This document shows positions 52,986-62,419 of a stretch of DNA of 64,000 nt, piece after piece. The stretch comes from a virus. How positions within the stretch are numbered: position 1 is the first letter of the stretch; every line of letters starts with the position of its first letter. The DNA lies in the IMG/VR virus record IMGVR_UViG_3300005096_000137, positions 64,001-128,000 of that record, one strand, 5' to 3'. Below the pieces are notes generated by a model. It was not told where the DNA came from and ran no database searches. It was given only the letters and a program-made list of their open reading frames with translations. A program made the position numbers and the translations under genes.

Positions 52986-53366
52986 ATGACCGAATCGAAA
53001 CCAAGTGAGCAGAAACCCCTAGGTGTTGTTGGGTTCATTGGAGTCAGTGTGTTCGCAGTCTTCGGGGGTTTATTTGTTTTAGGAGGCATTCAACATGATA
53101 TGTCCAATGCCCCCTCATCCTTACTCCAAGCTGCCACTGCCCCTATTATGGGCGACATCCATCGACAGGTCGCCGACGATTCAATTGACCAGTATTGGTT
53201 GGCAAAGACACATGGCAACCCCGTGGACGCATACGTCCATGCAGGTATGGTCTGTGCCGCGATGTCCCAGGCAGGCGACAAAGCTGGATACATCAAGTGG
53301 AAGGCTATCGAGAAGCGTGAGAAGGCGACTTTTGAGTCTGACCTGAAGTCACAGTTTAGTCTTTGA
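52986..53366 (+). CDS. membrane-anchored hypothetical protein
   Basis: GGAGG RBS; TM helix; AYVHAGMV.AA..QA.D..Y.KWK. Confidence 0.65.
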   Translation: MTESKPSEQKPLGVVGFIGVSVFAVFGGLFVLGGIQHDMSNAPSSLLQAATAPIMGDIHRQVADDSIDQYWLAKTHGNPVDAYVHAGMVCAAMSQAGDKAGYIKWKAIEKREKATFESDLKSQFSL

Positions 53367-53408
53367 GTTTCTGAGTTTCTATTTTATTCCTTGAAAGGTC
53401 CACGACAC

Positions 53409-54071
53409 ATGCGATTCAAAACACTACTCTTTCTCCTGCTTTCCCTCAGTGTAACCAGTATCTCGAACGCCCAACCACAGGTGGTCAACAATCCGTTTGT
53501 TAACCAGGTGACTACCCCCAAAGGTAGCCCTAGGTTAGATGCCAAGGCGTTTCTCCAGTTTACGGCATCCGCGCCCGCGACGTTGGTTGAGTTTCACCAC
53601 CAGTACCCCCATGCCCAGGGCTTTCTGGACTTTGGGGTACCTGGAGTCTATGCCCGTTATGATAGCCGTCTAGCTATTGTTCCGCCATTACCCACTGGGT
53701 CAACCCTACTGGCTCCCGCATACAAAACAGTCGCCTATTATAAGGGGCAGGTGTTTGCGTATGAGAGCTGTCTGAAATCCCAACCCCTCCCCGAATCATA
53801 CGTCCTTTCGACCCTCACCCCTACTTTTGACAATGGCGACTACACCCGGGTTTCCACAGTAGATAGCAAGGGGATTGTGTGGGCTGCCAACGCAGACCCT
53901 AAGGTCAAGACCCGCCTCTGGTTTGAGTACAACAAAGTGGGGCAAGTTACCGTCACCCATCTTGCTGTGGTTAACGTCCCCATGGCAAAACAGGCAATTA
54001 AAGCCATAAAAGACTTCATCAAACAACAGAAAGAGAAACAGAATGTCGTTCCTAAACGAAGAACCGCCTAA
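53409..54071 (+). CDS. Sec signal peptide secreted protein
   Basis: MRFKTLLFLLLSLSVTSISNA|Q. Confidence 0.65.
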   Translation: MRFKTLLFLLLSLSVTSISNAQPQVVNNPFVNQVTTPKGSPRLDAKAFLQFTASAPATLVEFHHQYPHAQGFLDFGVPGVYARYDSRLAIVPPLPTGSTLLAPAYKTVAYYKGQVFAYESCLKSQPLPESYVLSTLTPTFDNGDYTRVSTVDSKGIVWAANADPKVKTRLWFEYNKVGQVTVTHLAVVNVPMAKQAIKAIKDFIKQQKEKQNVVPKRRTA

Positions 54072-54318
54072 AGCCAATCGACGGCGACTATTCCTGATGG
54101 GACTTGTCCCCGTCAGTGTCCTCGGTGCCCTACTCGCGGTAGTCGTGACTAACTCGGTAGAAAGTCACCGAGATGCAGCCGTCGAACATGCGGTCGACTA
54201 TTCCGTGGAGAAAGCCGAAGACAAGTTCCAAGATGCTACGGTCAAACTCAAGGACAAGTTCCAAGATGCGAAAGACTCGCTTAAAGAGAAATTCAATGGA
54301 CTCAACAAATCGAAATGA
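54043..54318 (+). CDS. membrane-anchored protein with KDKFQDA repeats
   Basis: TM followed by amphipathic repeats. Confidence 0.6.
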   Translation: MSFLNEEPPKANRRRLFLMGLVPVSVLGALLAVVVTNSVESHRDAAVEHAVDYSVEKAEDKFQDATVKLKDKFQDAKDSLKEKFNGLNKSK

Positions 54319-54417
54319 TCCAACGTACATGTAGAGGGGTTGATAAATCTGTCAAAATTGGTGGCGTTGGTGTAACCCTCGCCAATGGGTAACGATTATA
54401 CCGGTCCCTACTTTCTC

Positions 54418-54450
54418 CCCGCTTCTGGCTTATGGTCAGGGCGGGTTTTT
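54418..54450 (+). terminator. intrinsic terminator
   Basis: CCCGC-TTCTGGC...GTCAGG-GCGGG followed by TTTTT. Confidence 0.7.
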
Positions 54451-54452
54451 AT

Positions 54453-54481
54453 TTGACAACCTGCCATTTATGTGGCATACT
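54453..54481 (+). promoter_or_regulatory. sigma70-type promoter (likely leaderless)
   Basis: TTGACA-17-CATACT with extended -10; ATG 6 nt downstream. Confidence 0.7.
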
Positions 54482-54487
54482 TCTAGT

Positions 54488-54973
54488 ATGACAATCGACT
54501 ACTACCAACATGACGACATATACCTGGCAACCACCGGAAAACACCCCTCGGGTTTCAAGGGGGTTCTCCAGATTGTGTTCACGGGTCCAAGCGTGGATCA
54601 AGTTACTGAACAAGTCATATCAGTCTTGGTCCTCGACGGACTGGACCAAGTGGCAGATGTCCCTGCTGACTGGGAAGCGGCCTTTGAAACACTGGGCTGT
54701 ATTTCGACACCCCAAAAACGGGTCCGGAAACGATCCGAGTATCCAAACCACGCCCGCCCACCACGCCGTGCAGGGAAGCGTCAGGAGTTCTTTGACCACT
54801 TGTCCGCCGGGACTGATGTGGCGACTGCGGTGGCTGCTTCCGGCTATGATTTCGAGGAAGTTGAAACAACCACAGGGATGACTGTCAAGGAGAAGGAAGA
54901 AGCGTTGGTAGGGTTTACCTACCTCATCCTGGGTTCGATTCTGATTCCGATTGTATGGAGTTTATTCACATGA
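54488..54973 (+). CDS. hypothetical protein with C-terminal TM
   Basis: Follows promoter. Confidence 0.6.
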   Translation: MTIDYYQHDDIYLATTGKHPSGFKGVLQIVFTGPSVDQVTEQVISVLVLDGLDQVADVPADWEAAFETLGCISTPQKRVRKRSEYPNHARPPRRAGKRQEFFDHLSAGTDVATAVAASGYDFEEVETTTGMTVKEKEEALVGFTYLILGSILIPIVWSLFT

Positions 54974-55422
54974 GTGAAGATTATCGAAACGTTTATGACT
55001 ACCGGAATGCACCTCATGGGGAGGGTCCATTCGCGGGGCATTGGAACGACAAGCCACATCGACTCTTCTGGGATGTCTGTGACATCATGGAGGAGATGCA
55101 ACCCATTCAGCCCACATTGCTGATTCACAAGGCAAAGCATGGTGATCGCCATGTTATCATCCTTAGCAAGGCACACGAGTCCTTTGCTTGGTCACGGTTA
55201 TTTGAAATCCTTGATGCAGAGGGATACTACGTTCCCGAACACTGGGATGATGAGGAGATGGTTGCCCTCTATAAGCAGGTCAAGTCGCATGGCCAGGGTA
55301 AGGACGCGAAATACTTCCTGCAATGGCGTAGCGATCATGGTTATGAGTACGAACACATCGAGATTGAGTACCCCAGCACCCATGAGATGCTTTCAGACGA
55401 ACTGGAGCGGAAGAAGGCTTGA
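54970..55422 (+). CDS. hypothetical protein
   Basis: ATGA coupling. Confidence 0.6.
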   Translation: MSEDYRNVYDYRNAPHGEGPFAGHWNDKPHRLFWDVCDIMEEMQPIQPTLLIHKAKHGDRHVIILSKAHESFAWSRLFEILDAEGYYVPEHWDDEEMVALYKQVKSHGQGKDAKYFLQWRSDHGYEYEHIEIEYPSTHEMLSDELERKKA

Positions 55423-55447
55423 CAACCGGCAAATCATCACCTATACT
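55419..55447 (+). promoter_or_regulatory. sigma70-type promoter
   Basis: TTGACA-17-TATACT. Confidence 0.8.
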
Positions 55448-55483
55448 TTCAGAGTAACCACTTAATCATCGGAGAACACAACC

Positions 55484-56182
55484 ATGCCACGACCCACGAC
55501 GCCCGTCACCATTAAGCCAGGACATTTCCCTGAGGACGAAGTCCATACACACCCCTCATATGGGGTCATTCAGATATCTCGCATGTCAGGGCAGGCAGAT
55601 TTATTCAATTCGCCAGTGAAGCACCAACACTTCATTGCACTCCGGGTGTCTACCGCCAAGCTCCACACGGATGGTCTCCATGATAATATCTGGGGTGACG
55701 ACCAACTGGTCGAGGTGTACATGTCCGAGAGTCAGTTCGCTCGGGCAATCACGAGTATTGGGATGGGCGCTGGCGCTCCATGTACTATTTCCAGCACCAA
55801 GGACGAACGAATGACGCCCGGGGCAGAGCCCCGAGACCTAGCTGCACAGCAGAAGACCATGATCCGTGACAAGTTTGAGAAGGTCATGGACGGTCAACAG
55901 GAAATTACAAAACAGATGCAGGAGTGGCACACGGCAAAACACCGCCCTACCTTGAAGGAGATGGATGACATCATCCACCGGATGGAGGTCGCCACAGGGA
56001 ACTTTGCAAGTAATACCCAGTTCTACACGGATGCCTACATCGAGCGTATCGAGGGGATTGTTGATGACGCCAAGACGGAGCTTGAAACCCACGCCCTAGG
56101 AGTAGCCGGTAAGCTGGGCATATCGGAAGACCAGTGTCCGACTATTTCGATGAGAAAACCTGAGCCTGGGTTACTCGAATGA
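55484..56182 (+). CDS. hypothetical phage protein
   Basis: HPSYG.I..SR, LF.S...H, EV.MSE.QFA..I.S...G.G.PCTI. Confidence 0.75.
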   Translation: MPRPTTPVTIKPGHFPEDEVHTHPSYGVIQISRMSGQADLFNSPVKHQHFIALRVSTAKLHTDGLHDNIWGDDQLVEVYMSESQFARAITSIGMGAGAPCTISSTKDERMTPGAEPRDLAAQQKTMIRDKFEKVMDGQQEITKQMQEWHTAKHRPTLKEMDDIIHRMEVATGNFASNTQFYTDAYIERIEGIVDDAKTELETHALGVAGKLGISEDQCPTISMRKPEPGLLE

Positions 56183-56424
56183 TACTGTACTTAGTTATCG
56201 TAAGCGACAAACATACGGATGACGAGTATCACGCCCACTCATCTATCGAGGGTGCTCATACAAGGGTCAATGCTTGCCTCGTTGACCTGATAACAACATA
56301 CCAACGAGCGCCCGAGACCATCAAGATTTCACCAAGTGCTAGGTCAGAAGGTTGGCGGTTCCTCGCTGATGATCCACTAGGGGTTTGGCAGGCGGCTATC
56401 AGGGAGATTGAGGTATCCGAATGA
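56179..56424 (+). CDS. hypothetical protein, Y.V...E+EV family
   Basis: LYLVIV...AIREIEV. Confidence 0.55.
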   Translation: MILYLVIVSDKHTDDEYHAHSSIEGAHTRVNACLVDLITTYQRAPETIKISPSARSEGWRFLADDPLGVWQAAIREIEVSE

Positions 56425-56675
56425 GAGAGCAGCATTATTTCATGGTGGTGTGCATCTCTCCGAGGGAGGAACCTCAGATTGAATTGTTCACCACCATCCT
56501 GAAGGCAAATATCGCTGCCTCCATATTTATGACTCGGGAGTGCTGGATACGCCGTATCCCCCAGAAGGATATAGAGACCGTCGAACCCCCGGACATCCTT
56601 GGATGTTATCGACGTATCCGAACAACCTGTGAAAGGTGGTCCGCCACCGTGAAAAACACCTGGGTAGTAGATTGA
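56421..56675 (+). CDS. hypothetical protein
   Basis: ATGA coupling. Confidence 0.55.
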   Translation: MREQHYFMVVCISPREEPQIELFTTILKANIAASIFMTRECWIRRIPQKDIETVEPPDILGCYRRIRTTCERWSATVKNTWVVD

Positions 56676-57118
56676 CAGTACACATTCGAGCTTACCCGCC
56701 TCAGGGTAAACAATATGAACCACCTGGACCCTTCACTGAATGCGTGGTAGGCGGTAACGGCGATTCAATCGTTCAGGGGATGGGTAAACAATGGGGTTCG
56801 GTGGACATCACACGCTTCAATCTGGAGGATCGGGTTGTTCGTAAGACCTACTTTCGGCACACTATGAATATCCAGGATGTTTGGGTGTACTACCTGGTCG
56901 AGGACGACTTCGGGACCCCATACCCCCATCACCAGATTTACAAAACACTCTCTGAGGCATACACGTTTGCCGAGAAACTCTGGTCCCATCATTCCTCGGA
57001 TGCTCTGTGCAGCGTCACCACACGGATGAGACACATCGAACTGACGGTGACCCAGCCATGGACCCAGGCAGTGGGTAAATCCTACGTTAGAGTCAAGGAA
57101 ATTGAGGTACCAGTATGA
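56672..57118 (+). CDS. hypothetical protein, Y.V...E+EV family (start uncertain)
   Basis: VYYLV...RVKEIEV. Confidence 0.55.
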   Translation: MTVHIRAYPPQGKQYEPPGPFTECVVGGNGDSIVQGMGKQWGSVDITRFNLEDRVVRKTYFRHTMNIQDVWVYYLVEDDFGTPYPHHQIYKTLSEAYTFAEKLWSHHSSDALCSVTTRMRHIELTVTQPWTQAVGKSYVRVKEIEVPV

Positions 57119-57441
57119 AAAGGTTTTTAGGCTTCCTAATTAAGACGCAAGTATGTGGATTCGTCGTTGGCGCAATCCTGATGACTGCGGTAATCCCAAC
57201 CATGTACCTCTGGACAATGGATGATTATGTACCCCTGACACGTCCCGAGCTTCAGAAGGGGGTGGAGTCTGGGTATGGAGTCATCAACTACCTAGGTGGC
57301 GACTGGTACCTGGTGGAGGTCCAACGGGACTATTGGACTACCAACCCTTTACCCTTTGGGAAGAAGGACATTAAGGTCCGAGTGCCTCACTTGGTCAGAT
57401 TGCGGAAAAGAGAGCTTGACAAAGTGCTGAATGGGAGGTAA
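57115..57441 (+). CDS. membrane-anchored hypothetical protein
   Basis: N-terminal TM. Confidence 0.55.
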   Translation: MKRFLGFLIKTQVCGFVVGAILMTAVIPTMYLWTMDDYVPLTRPELQKGVESGYGVINYLGGDWYLVEVQRDYWTTNPLPFGKKDIKVRVPHLVRLRKRELDKVLNGR

Positions 57442-57444
57442 GCT
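57416..57444 (+). promoter_or_regulatory. sigma70-type promoter
   Basis: TTGACA-17-TAAGCT. Confidence 0.65.
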
Positions 57445-57479
57445 TGGAGTGTTCACTTAATTTGGATTCGGAGCCACCC

Positions 57480-58004
57480 ATGATACAGTACCTAGTCGTC
57501 AATCAACCTGCTGATGTCCCTTGCGAATACACAATTTGGAAATCGATCATCGACGCGATTAGTTATGCTCAGAATTGCTTAAAGGTTCCCGCCTCTGGAC
57601 CTCCTAGCACCCACCGCTATGATGATCGGGCAGATGGGGTTCGGTTTGTTGGGACTCGTGCGTTCCCACTCAGTATTGTGGTTGTGAGAGAACTGGAGGT
57701 GGAGGGGCTCGCGAAAGGTGAGATGGAAGACCCTACGATGTCTTTCAAACAGGCAATGGTTCTATTCACTGTGATGTGTGGGGACCACGAAATAGGCGTT
57801 GATGAGGAAGGGACTCTTGCCTCAGACTGGATCTCACCTGAGGTCAATAGTGCCATACGGCTTGCATGTTCCTCAGTGCCTCACTACGACACTTGGCGCA
57901 GGGCCCAGAACAATCATATGGTCGCCCGCGAAACAATTACAGGCTTTGTAACCTACATGCGTGGGTGGCTTAATGCACTTGAACTTGGAATGGAGAAACC
58001 ATGA
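57480..58004 (+). CDS. hypothetical protein, Y.V...E+EV family
   Basis: IQYLVV...VVRELEV; GGAG RBS. Confidence 0.55.
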   Translation: MIQYLVVNQPADVPCEYTIWKSIIDAISYAQNCLKVPASGPPSTHRYDDRADGVRFVGTRAFPLSIVVVRELEVEGLAKGEMEDPTMSFKQAMVLFTVMCGDHEIGVDEEGTLASDWISPEVNSAIRLACSSVPHYDTWRRAQNNHMVARETITGFVTYMRGWLNALELGMEKP

Positions 58005-58420
58005 GATTTCGAGACACATTACTTATTTTGATTATCGCATTTGTTACACCCGGTGCGATTGGTACGGCTGACATCATCAAAACGACTAAGACTGTACGGA
58101 CCTTCGAGACTCCTCGGGGTACTGAGACAACCCAGATTACTGAGACCTTCCATGCACCAACGGCAGGTCAGAATCCCGCGACTAAGATCATGGCGGTTGC
58201 TGCCCCAGCGGTTGCTGCCCCAGCGGTTGCTGTCCCAGCGGTTGCTGCCCCAGCGGTTGCTGTCCCACACCCAGTTCGGGACCAATTCGCGATCGCGGCT
58301 TTTCAGCACCTTGCTAAGAGTAACAAGTGGTTGGGGCTCAATAATTCATCTGAGAAGACTGCCGACAAAGCTTATGAACTCGCGGATGCCATGATGTCCC
58401 GCCGAAAGGAAGTAAAATGA
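58001..58420 (+). CDS. signal/TM protein with RD.FA...AYELADAM domain
   Basis: Hydrophobic N-terminus, AVAAP repeats, motif common in phages. Confidence 0.65.
   Translation: MRFRDTLLILIIAFVTPGAIGTADIIKTTKTVRTFETPRGTETTQITETFHAPTAGQNPATKIMAVAAPAVAAPAVAVPAVAAPAVAVPHPVRDQFAIAAFQHLAKSNKWLGLNNSSEKTADKAYELADAMMSRRKEVK
58193..58267 (+). repeat. 15-bp in-frame tandem repeat x5 (AVA[A/V]P)
   Basis: GCGGTTGCTG[C/T]CCCA. Confidence 0.95.
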
Positions 58421-58695
58421 GAACTCGAAATGAGAAGTGGCTCAATCGCATTCCCCTGGTATTTGCTCTCACCCTGACACTGCTACTGGTGGGTATCATT
58501 GTTAAAGGAATCTCCGCAGGCGAGCGATCTCCAAACCGGAGCGCGTTGGTTCAACGAGACGTCATTGCCATACACATCATGGCGGAGATGGCTGGACCTC
58601 AGGGACCAGGTCTCCCGAAGGCGTTGGATTCCCGGTATGCCAAGCGGTCATACGAACTCGCTGATGCGTTAATCAAAGAAGGGAGGCGAAAATGA
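58417..58695 (+). CDS. TM protein with RD.IA...SYELADAL domain (paralog of upstream gene)
   Basis: Shared motif. Confidence 0.65.
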   Translation: MRTRNEKWLNRIPLVFALTLTLLLVGIIVKGISAGERSPNRSALVQRDVIAIHIMAEMAGPQGPGLPKALDSRYAKRSYELADALIKEGRRK

Positions 58696-59165
58696 ACCTG
58701 TCCCAACTGACTGCCCCACACCGGGACTCACCCTCCGAACCAATGGTCTACCTTGCTGACCAGGACCGCCTGTATGGTCGTGTGCTGGACTATGGGTGTG
58801 GACATGGCTATGACGCTGACTACTATGGTCTGGACGGCTACGACCCCTACCTCCGACCCAAGAAGCCGAAGGGTAAGTATGACACCATAACTTGCATGTT
58901 TGTTCTCAACGTCCTAGAAAATGAAGCCGAGGCAGTAAGGGTCCTCACAGACATACAGAGCCATCTCAAGAGGAATGGTATGGCGTACATTGTAGTGCGC
59001 AACGACAAACGGGCGCTGACCGGTGGTCCAACAGAGATTGGGACCTACCAACAGCATGTCGTCCTCCGCCTCCCCGTCCGCAGATGTCAGGACGGCTATG
59101 TGATGTACACTCTGGACAACGAGGACAACCTTACTCCAAGTGTGGTTGCCTTTTTCACTTACTAA
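58692..59165 (+). CDS. class I SAM-dependent methyltransferase
   Basis: VLDYGCGHG, YDPY, YDTITC.FVLNV, AYI.VR. Confidence 0.85.
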   Translation: MNLSQLTAPHRDSPSEPMVYLADQDRLYGRVLDYGCGHGYDADYYGLDGYDPYLRPKKPKGKYDTITCMFVLNVLENEAEAVRVLTDIQSHLKRNGMAYIVVRNDKRALTGGPTEIGTYQQHVVLRLPVRRCQDGYVMYTLDNEDNLTPSVVAFFTY

Positions 59166-59417
59166 CGGGGGTTCGGATGTTGATACTTGTATGCCATGTA
59201 GCCGCACGGTTTACATTGCTATGGCAGATGTCCCTGTGGGTATCTATCTACTTCACCCATGACTCAGGTAACTACCGGGTCTTTACTGTGAGTGAGATGT
59301 GTTGTGTCACCATTGTCGTACTGTTGTGTAGGGCAAAGCCACCAACTAGGACTAGTGTGAATCCCCTTTTACCTCCAACAACCCCTATGTACCCACGCCA
59401 ATAAGAATCAAGGACAT

Positions 59418-59840
59418 GTGATGAAACTACGAGACTTGAATAAGCTGGAGCAGATACATGTCAATGCTATGTTGGCTACCCATGGGTACTGTCTGTATTT
59501 TGATGACACCCCAGTACCTACGAAGTACCGAGACACAAGGAAAACCTATAAGACCTACCTTGGTAGGGGTAACTATACCCATATCTTCTACCAAAAGACT
59601 GATGCTGGTCAATTTCCGCAACTCTGGTCGGCAATAAAACTTCTGGTCTGGAGCGCAGGGTTGGTGTCCTCTGGGCAGACCTTCCTGGAATTCGCGGATG
59701 GGACGGTTGGAGAAGGTCTTGGCGATAAATATGTGTGGTGTAAAATGGACTGGCGGTCCTTGACAGACCTAGGTATGTCAGCAACTGACCTCGCGGAATT
59801 TGATGAACTGTTCTCTTACTTGAGCTTTACGGATGACTAA
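59418..59840 (+). CDS. hypothetical protein, GQ.FLE family
   Basis: P.LW...LVWSA..V..GQTFLEFA...W..L..LG. Confidence 0.7.
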   Translation: MMKLRDLNKLEQIHVNAMLATHGYCLYFDDTPVPTKYRDTRKTYKTYLGRGNYTHIFYQKTDAGQFPQLWSAIKLLVWSAGLVSSGQTFLEFADGTVGEGLGDKYVWCKMDWRSLTDLGMSATDLAEFDELFSYLSFTDD

Positions 59841-60372
59841 CTACAAACCAACGCCAATTCAGTATGATGCTCAAGATCGACTCATTGCCGGGCATGGGTT
59901 TGAGATGGAGGCCATTTGCTGTGGACCCTGTGGCGATGCCATGCCCAAGGGGTACCTCAACTTCCAGGTGACGATTAAGCGGGGTTCCATTAACTGGAGC
60001 CAGTTGGTTCAGGAGCTATCAAATCACCCACCACGACTTGGGGACCTGATGGTGAACGCACTGAACGATGCAGCCCGATACCGGCAGGACCCTGAGTGTA
60101 CTGACTTCCTCGCGAAGGGGTGGGGACGGACACTTGAGGACTACCAGAGGTGTTTTGGGTGCTTCGAGGGATTGACCCGTCTTGGAGTCAATAAAGCAGA
60201 GTATCACGAATTGATCAATTCCTCGGATCGGGTGATGTTTGGTTTCCAGATGACCGAGGAGTTGGACAAGCAGGATGCCGAGAGGTTGGAGGTAGAATTT
60301 AAGGCGTTAATGGCTGAGCCGTCCAAGGGTACAGACGCGGACGGGGATACCCGAGGTTCCCAACGTGACTGA
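59833..60372 (+). CDS. hypothetical protein, diverged GQ.FLE family
   Basis: PP.L..L...DA...YQ.C...GL..LG. Confidence 0.65.
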   Translation: MTNYKPTPIQYDAQDRLIAGHGFEMEAICCGPCGDAMPKGYLNFQVTIKRGSINWSQLVQELSNHPPRLGDLMVNALNDAARYRQDPECTDFLAKGWGRTLEDYQRCFGCFEGLTRLGVNKAEYHELINSSDRVMFGFQMTEELDKQDAERLEVEFKALMAEPSKGTDADGDTRGSQRD

Positions 60373-60772
60373 TATTACACCAGAGATGGAAGCTTTGATG
60401 GATAAGGCGCTCGGAATGTGCGGCTTCTCCTTTACTTGCAGTATGATACCTGACACCCTGGATGACTCCGGGACTGCTGAGTATCGAGCTGCCATTCAAC
60501 GGGGATCAACGCAACTCTGGGGTACCTACATACTAGCCCATGAGCCAGCAATGTGGGAGATTGTCCAAGGTTTAGTCTGGAGTGCCGTGCGAGTATCTCA
60601 GGGGCAGAGCTTCTTGGAGTATGCAGCTTCTCAGGACTTTGACGAGTGTGGGGTGTCTTACCCTCTTGATATCGAGATTTGGACGGGGTTACAAGACCTG
60701 GGTTTGAACCATGAATCCCTGGCCCCACTCGTGAATCTATTTGACACAATTCAAGGTGTGGAGGGTGGGTGA
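60365..60772 (+). CDS. hypothetical protein, GQ.FLE family
   Basis: LVWSAVRVSQGQSFLEYA...WTGLQDLG. Confidence 0.7.
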   Translation: MTDITPEMEALMDKALGMCGFSFTCSMIPDTLDDSGTAEYRAAIQRGSTQLWGTYILAHEPAMWEIVQGLVWSAVRVSQGQSFLEYAASQDFDECGVSYPLDIEIWTGLQDLGLNHESLAPLVNLFDTIQGVEGG

Positions 60773-61206
60773 CGAATATGACGACACAGTTGATAACCCC
60801 TGAGAACATGACCTTGTTAAACATTGACCTGGTATGTCGTGGATTCTCGGTGAGCTACTACATCGGTGAGGCAGTTGACTACATCCCTGAGGGTTGGTCA
60901 GGTGGACCTCTGGGAGTCACCAACGTCCAGGCAGTGCTGTCCCGAGGTATGAAGCAGTTTACATATAGTTATGGTATCCAGGCACCACCAGACCTCTGGG
61001 CTGTGGTCGCCACAGTAATACGTGGCGCTGAACGTATTGCCCGGGCCTCCTCCCTCCTAGAGTACACCCTGACCCGGACTTGTGATAATTGTGGAGCACT
61101 TTATGCACGAGACCTCGCACTCTGGGAAGGGTTACAGACACTAGAGGTTTTTCAGCCAGAGCGAGAATCAATTTACCGTCTGATGGGTTTTGCAGGTTGC
61201 AATTAA
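60769..61206 (+). CDS. hypothetical protein, GQ.FLE family
   Basis: PDLW...SLLEYT...CG..Y...WEGLQTL. Confidence 0.7.
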   Translation: MTNMTTQLITPENMTLLNIDLVCRGFSVSYYIGEAVDYIPEGWSGGPLGVTNVQAVLSRGMKQFTYSYGIQAPPDLWAVVATVIRGAERIARASSLLEYTLTRTCDNCGALYARDLALWEGLQTLEVFQPERESIYRLMGFAGCN

Positions 61207-61239
61207 GAAAACACGAGCTATACTTAGGGTGAGGTTCAA

Positions 61240-61500
61240 ATGTCACAGACAAGTCAAACACAGATAGTGAAACGAATCAAAGAGATTACTGCGGCGTGCA
61301 TCAGAGCCAATGGCGGCTGTACCACGCGGGAGTGCTCACAGGCGCATAACCGGCAGTATGGGTTCGGGATCGGCGAAGAATACATCAAGAGTGTCTGGGA
61401 ACAATTAGATAATTTGGAAGTGACTGCCAGCCAGCACTATCACATCGCAACCGAGAAAGACATTAAGGAAAACACGGATGACACAACGGACTCTGACTGA
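61240..61500 (+). CDS. hypothetical protein
   Basis: Upstream TTGCAA-16-TATACT and GAGG RBS. Confidence 0.55.
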   Translation: MSQTSQTQIVKRIKEITAACIRANGGCTTRECSQAHNRQYGFGIGEEYIKSVWEQLDNLEVTASQHYHIATEKDIKENTDDTTDSD

Positions 61501-61813
61501 ATTCACGGAGCAGATACGTGGTATTACAGAACGGCAGATTGACTTCTGTGGGTTCTGCACCATGCAGGCTTGCCAGCGGAATCACAAACTTATGTATGGT
61601 GGGACAACAGGGGAACGTCCAATCCTCCGTGTCTGGACTACCTGGGACGCTGTCACACTCGTGGAAGATGAGCATTCCTTTAGTGCCGTCGGGGAGCTAG
61701 AAGTCGAGTGGATTGAGACAGATGAATGGGCTCTGCAACTTGCGCAACATGAACACCCTGAGTGGCTCGTCGAAAATGACCTCGCAACTGAATCCCCTAA
61801 TGGAGATAATTGA
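61478..61813 (+). CDS. hypothetical protein
   Basis: AAGGA RBS. Confidence 0.55.
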   Translation: MTQRTLTEFTEQIRGITERQIDFCGFCTMQACQRNHKLMYGGTTGERPILRVWTTWDAVTLVEDEHSFSAVGELEVEWIETDEWALQLAQHEHPEWLVENDLATESPNGDN

Positions 61814-62334
61814 TGGCCGACATAACGATTAAGTACCACCTCTACTGTGGTGACAACGTCCAAACCAAACTCAATGAGTTCAGTGTTACTGAGGATTTGG
61901 AGAGTGACATCCAATTACATGGCGAATCACTTTGTGAAGACTTAAACTACGAACTCCCACCTGCCCCCGAAGAATCAGCGGACACAGCTTCGGAGGCTTG
62001 GGCGGTCGACTCCGTTGATGTTGAGGAATGGGACTACGACTTTGAGAACCCCGAGAACTTTGGCGACCTTGACGAGTACGGGGAGTACATCGAGGCATGT
62101 CAACAGTATGGTGACGCTTACCGGCTCCGCCACGAAGCCAGGGGCTCCTGTGACATGGACGAGTACGAGGGTGAGTACAACGAAGACGAGGATTTCGCCC
62201 GTGAATACATTGAACGAAGCTGTTGCATTCCCTCGGCAGTCGAAGACTTCATCGATTGGGGTGACCTGACCAAGTCGGTCATGGAGGAATTCGACAGTTA
62301 CACTGATGGTGGGTGTCACATATTTACTAAATAG
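61813..62334 (+). CDS. ArdA-like antirestriction (DNA-mimic) protein
   Basis: Very acidic; YEGEY..DEDFA.EY......IP......FIDW...GCHIF. Confidence 0.75.
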   Translation: MADITIKYHLYCGDNVQTKLNEFSVTEDLESDIQLHGESLCEDLNYELPPAPEESADTASEAWAVDSVDVEEWDYDFENPENFGDLDEYGEYIEACQQYGDAYRLRHEARGSCDMDEYEGEYNEDEDFAREYIERSCCIPSAVEDFIDWGDLTKSVMEEFDSYTDGGCHIFTK

Positions 62335-62354
62335 TGGGGTGGTTACCCACAAAC

Positions 62355-62406
62355 AGCGGACCAGCCAGAGTTGCGTGCTCTAGGTTAGGCTGGTTCGCTT
62401 TCTTAC
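62355..62406 (+). terminator. intrinsic terminator-like hairpin
   Basis: AGCGGACCAGCC...GGCTGGTTCGCT followed by a short T-rich tract. Confidence 0.55.
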
Positions 62407-62419
62407 ATTCGGAGAAGTT

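Noticed and set aside
54043-54318. Ninth Tat substrate (NRRRLFL)
   Set aside because: The h-region is long and very hydrophobic with no clear AxA site, so it more likely is a plain membrane anchor. Not fully excluded.
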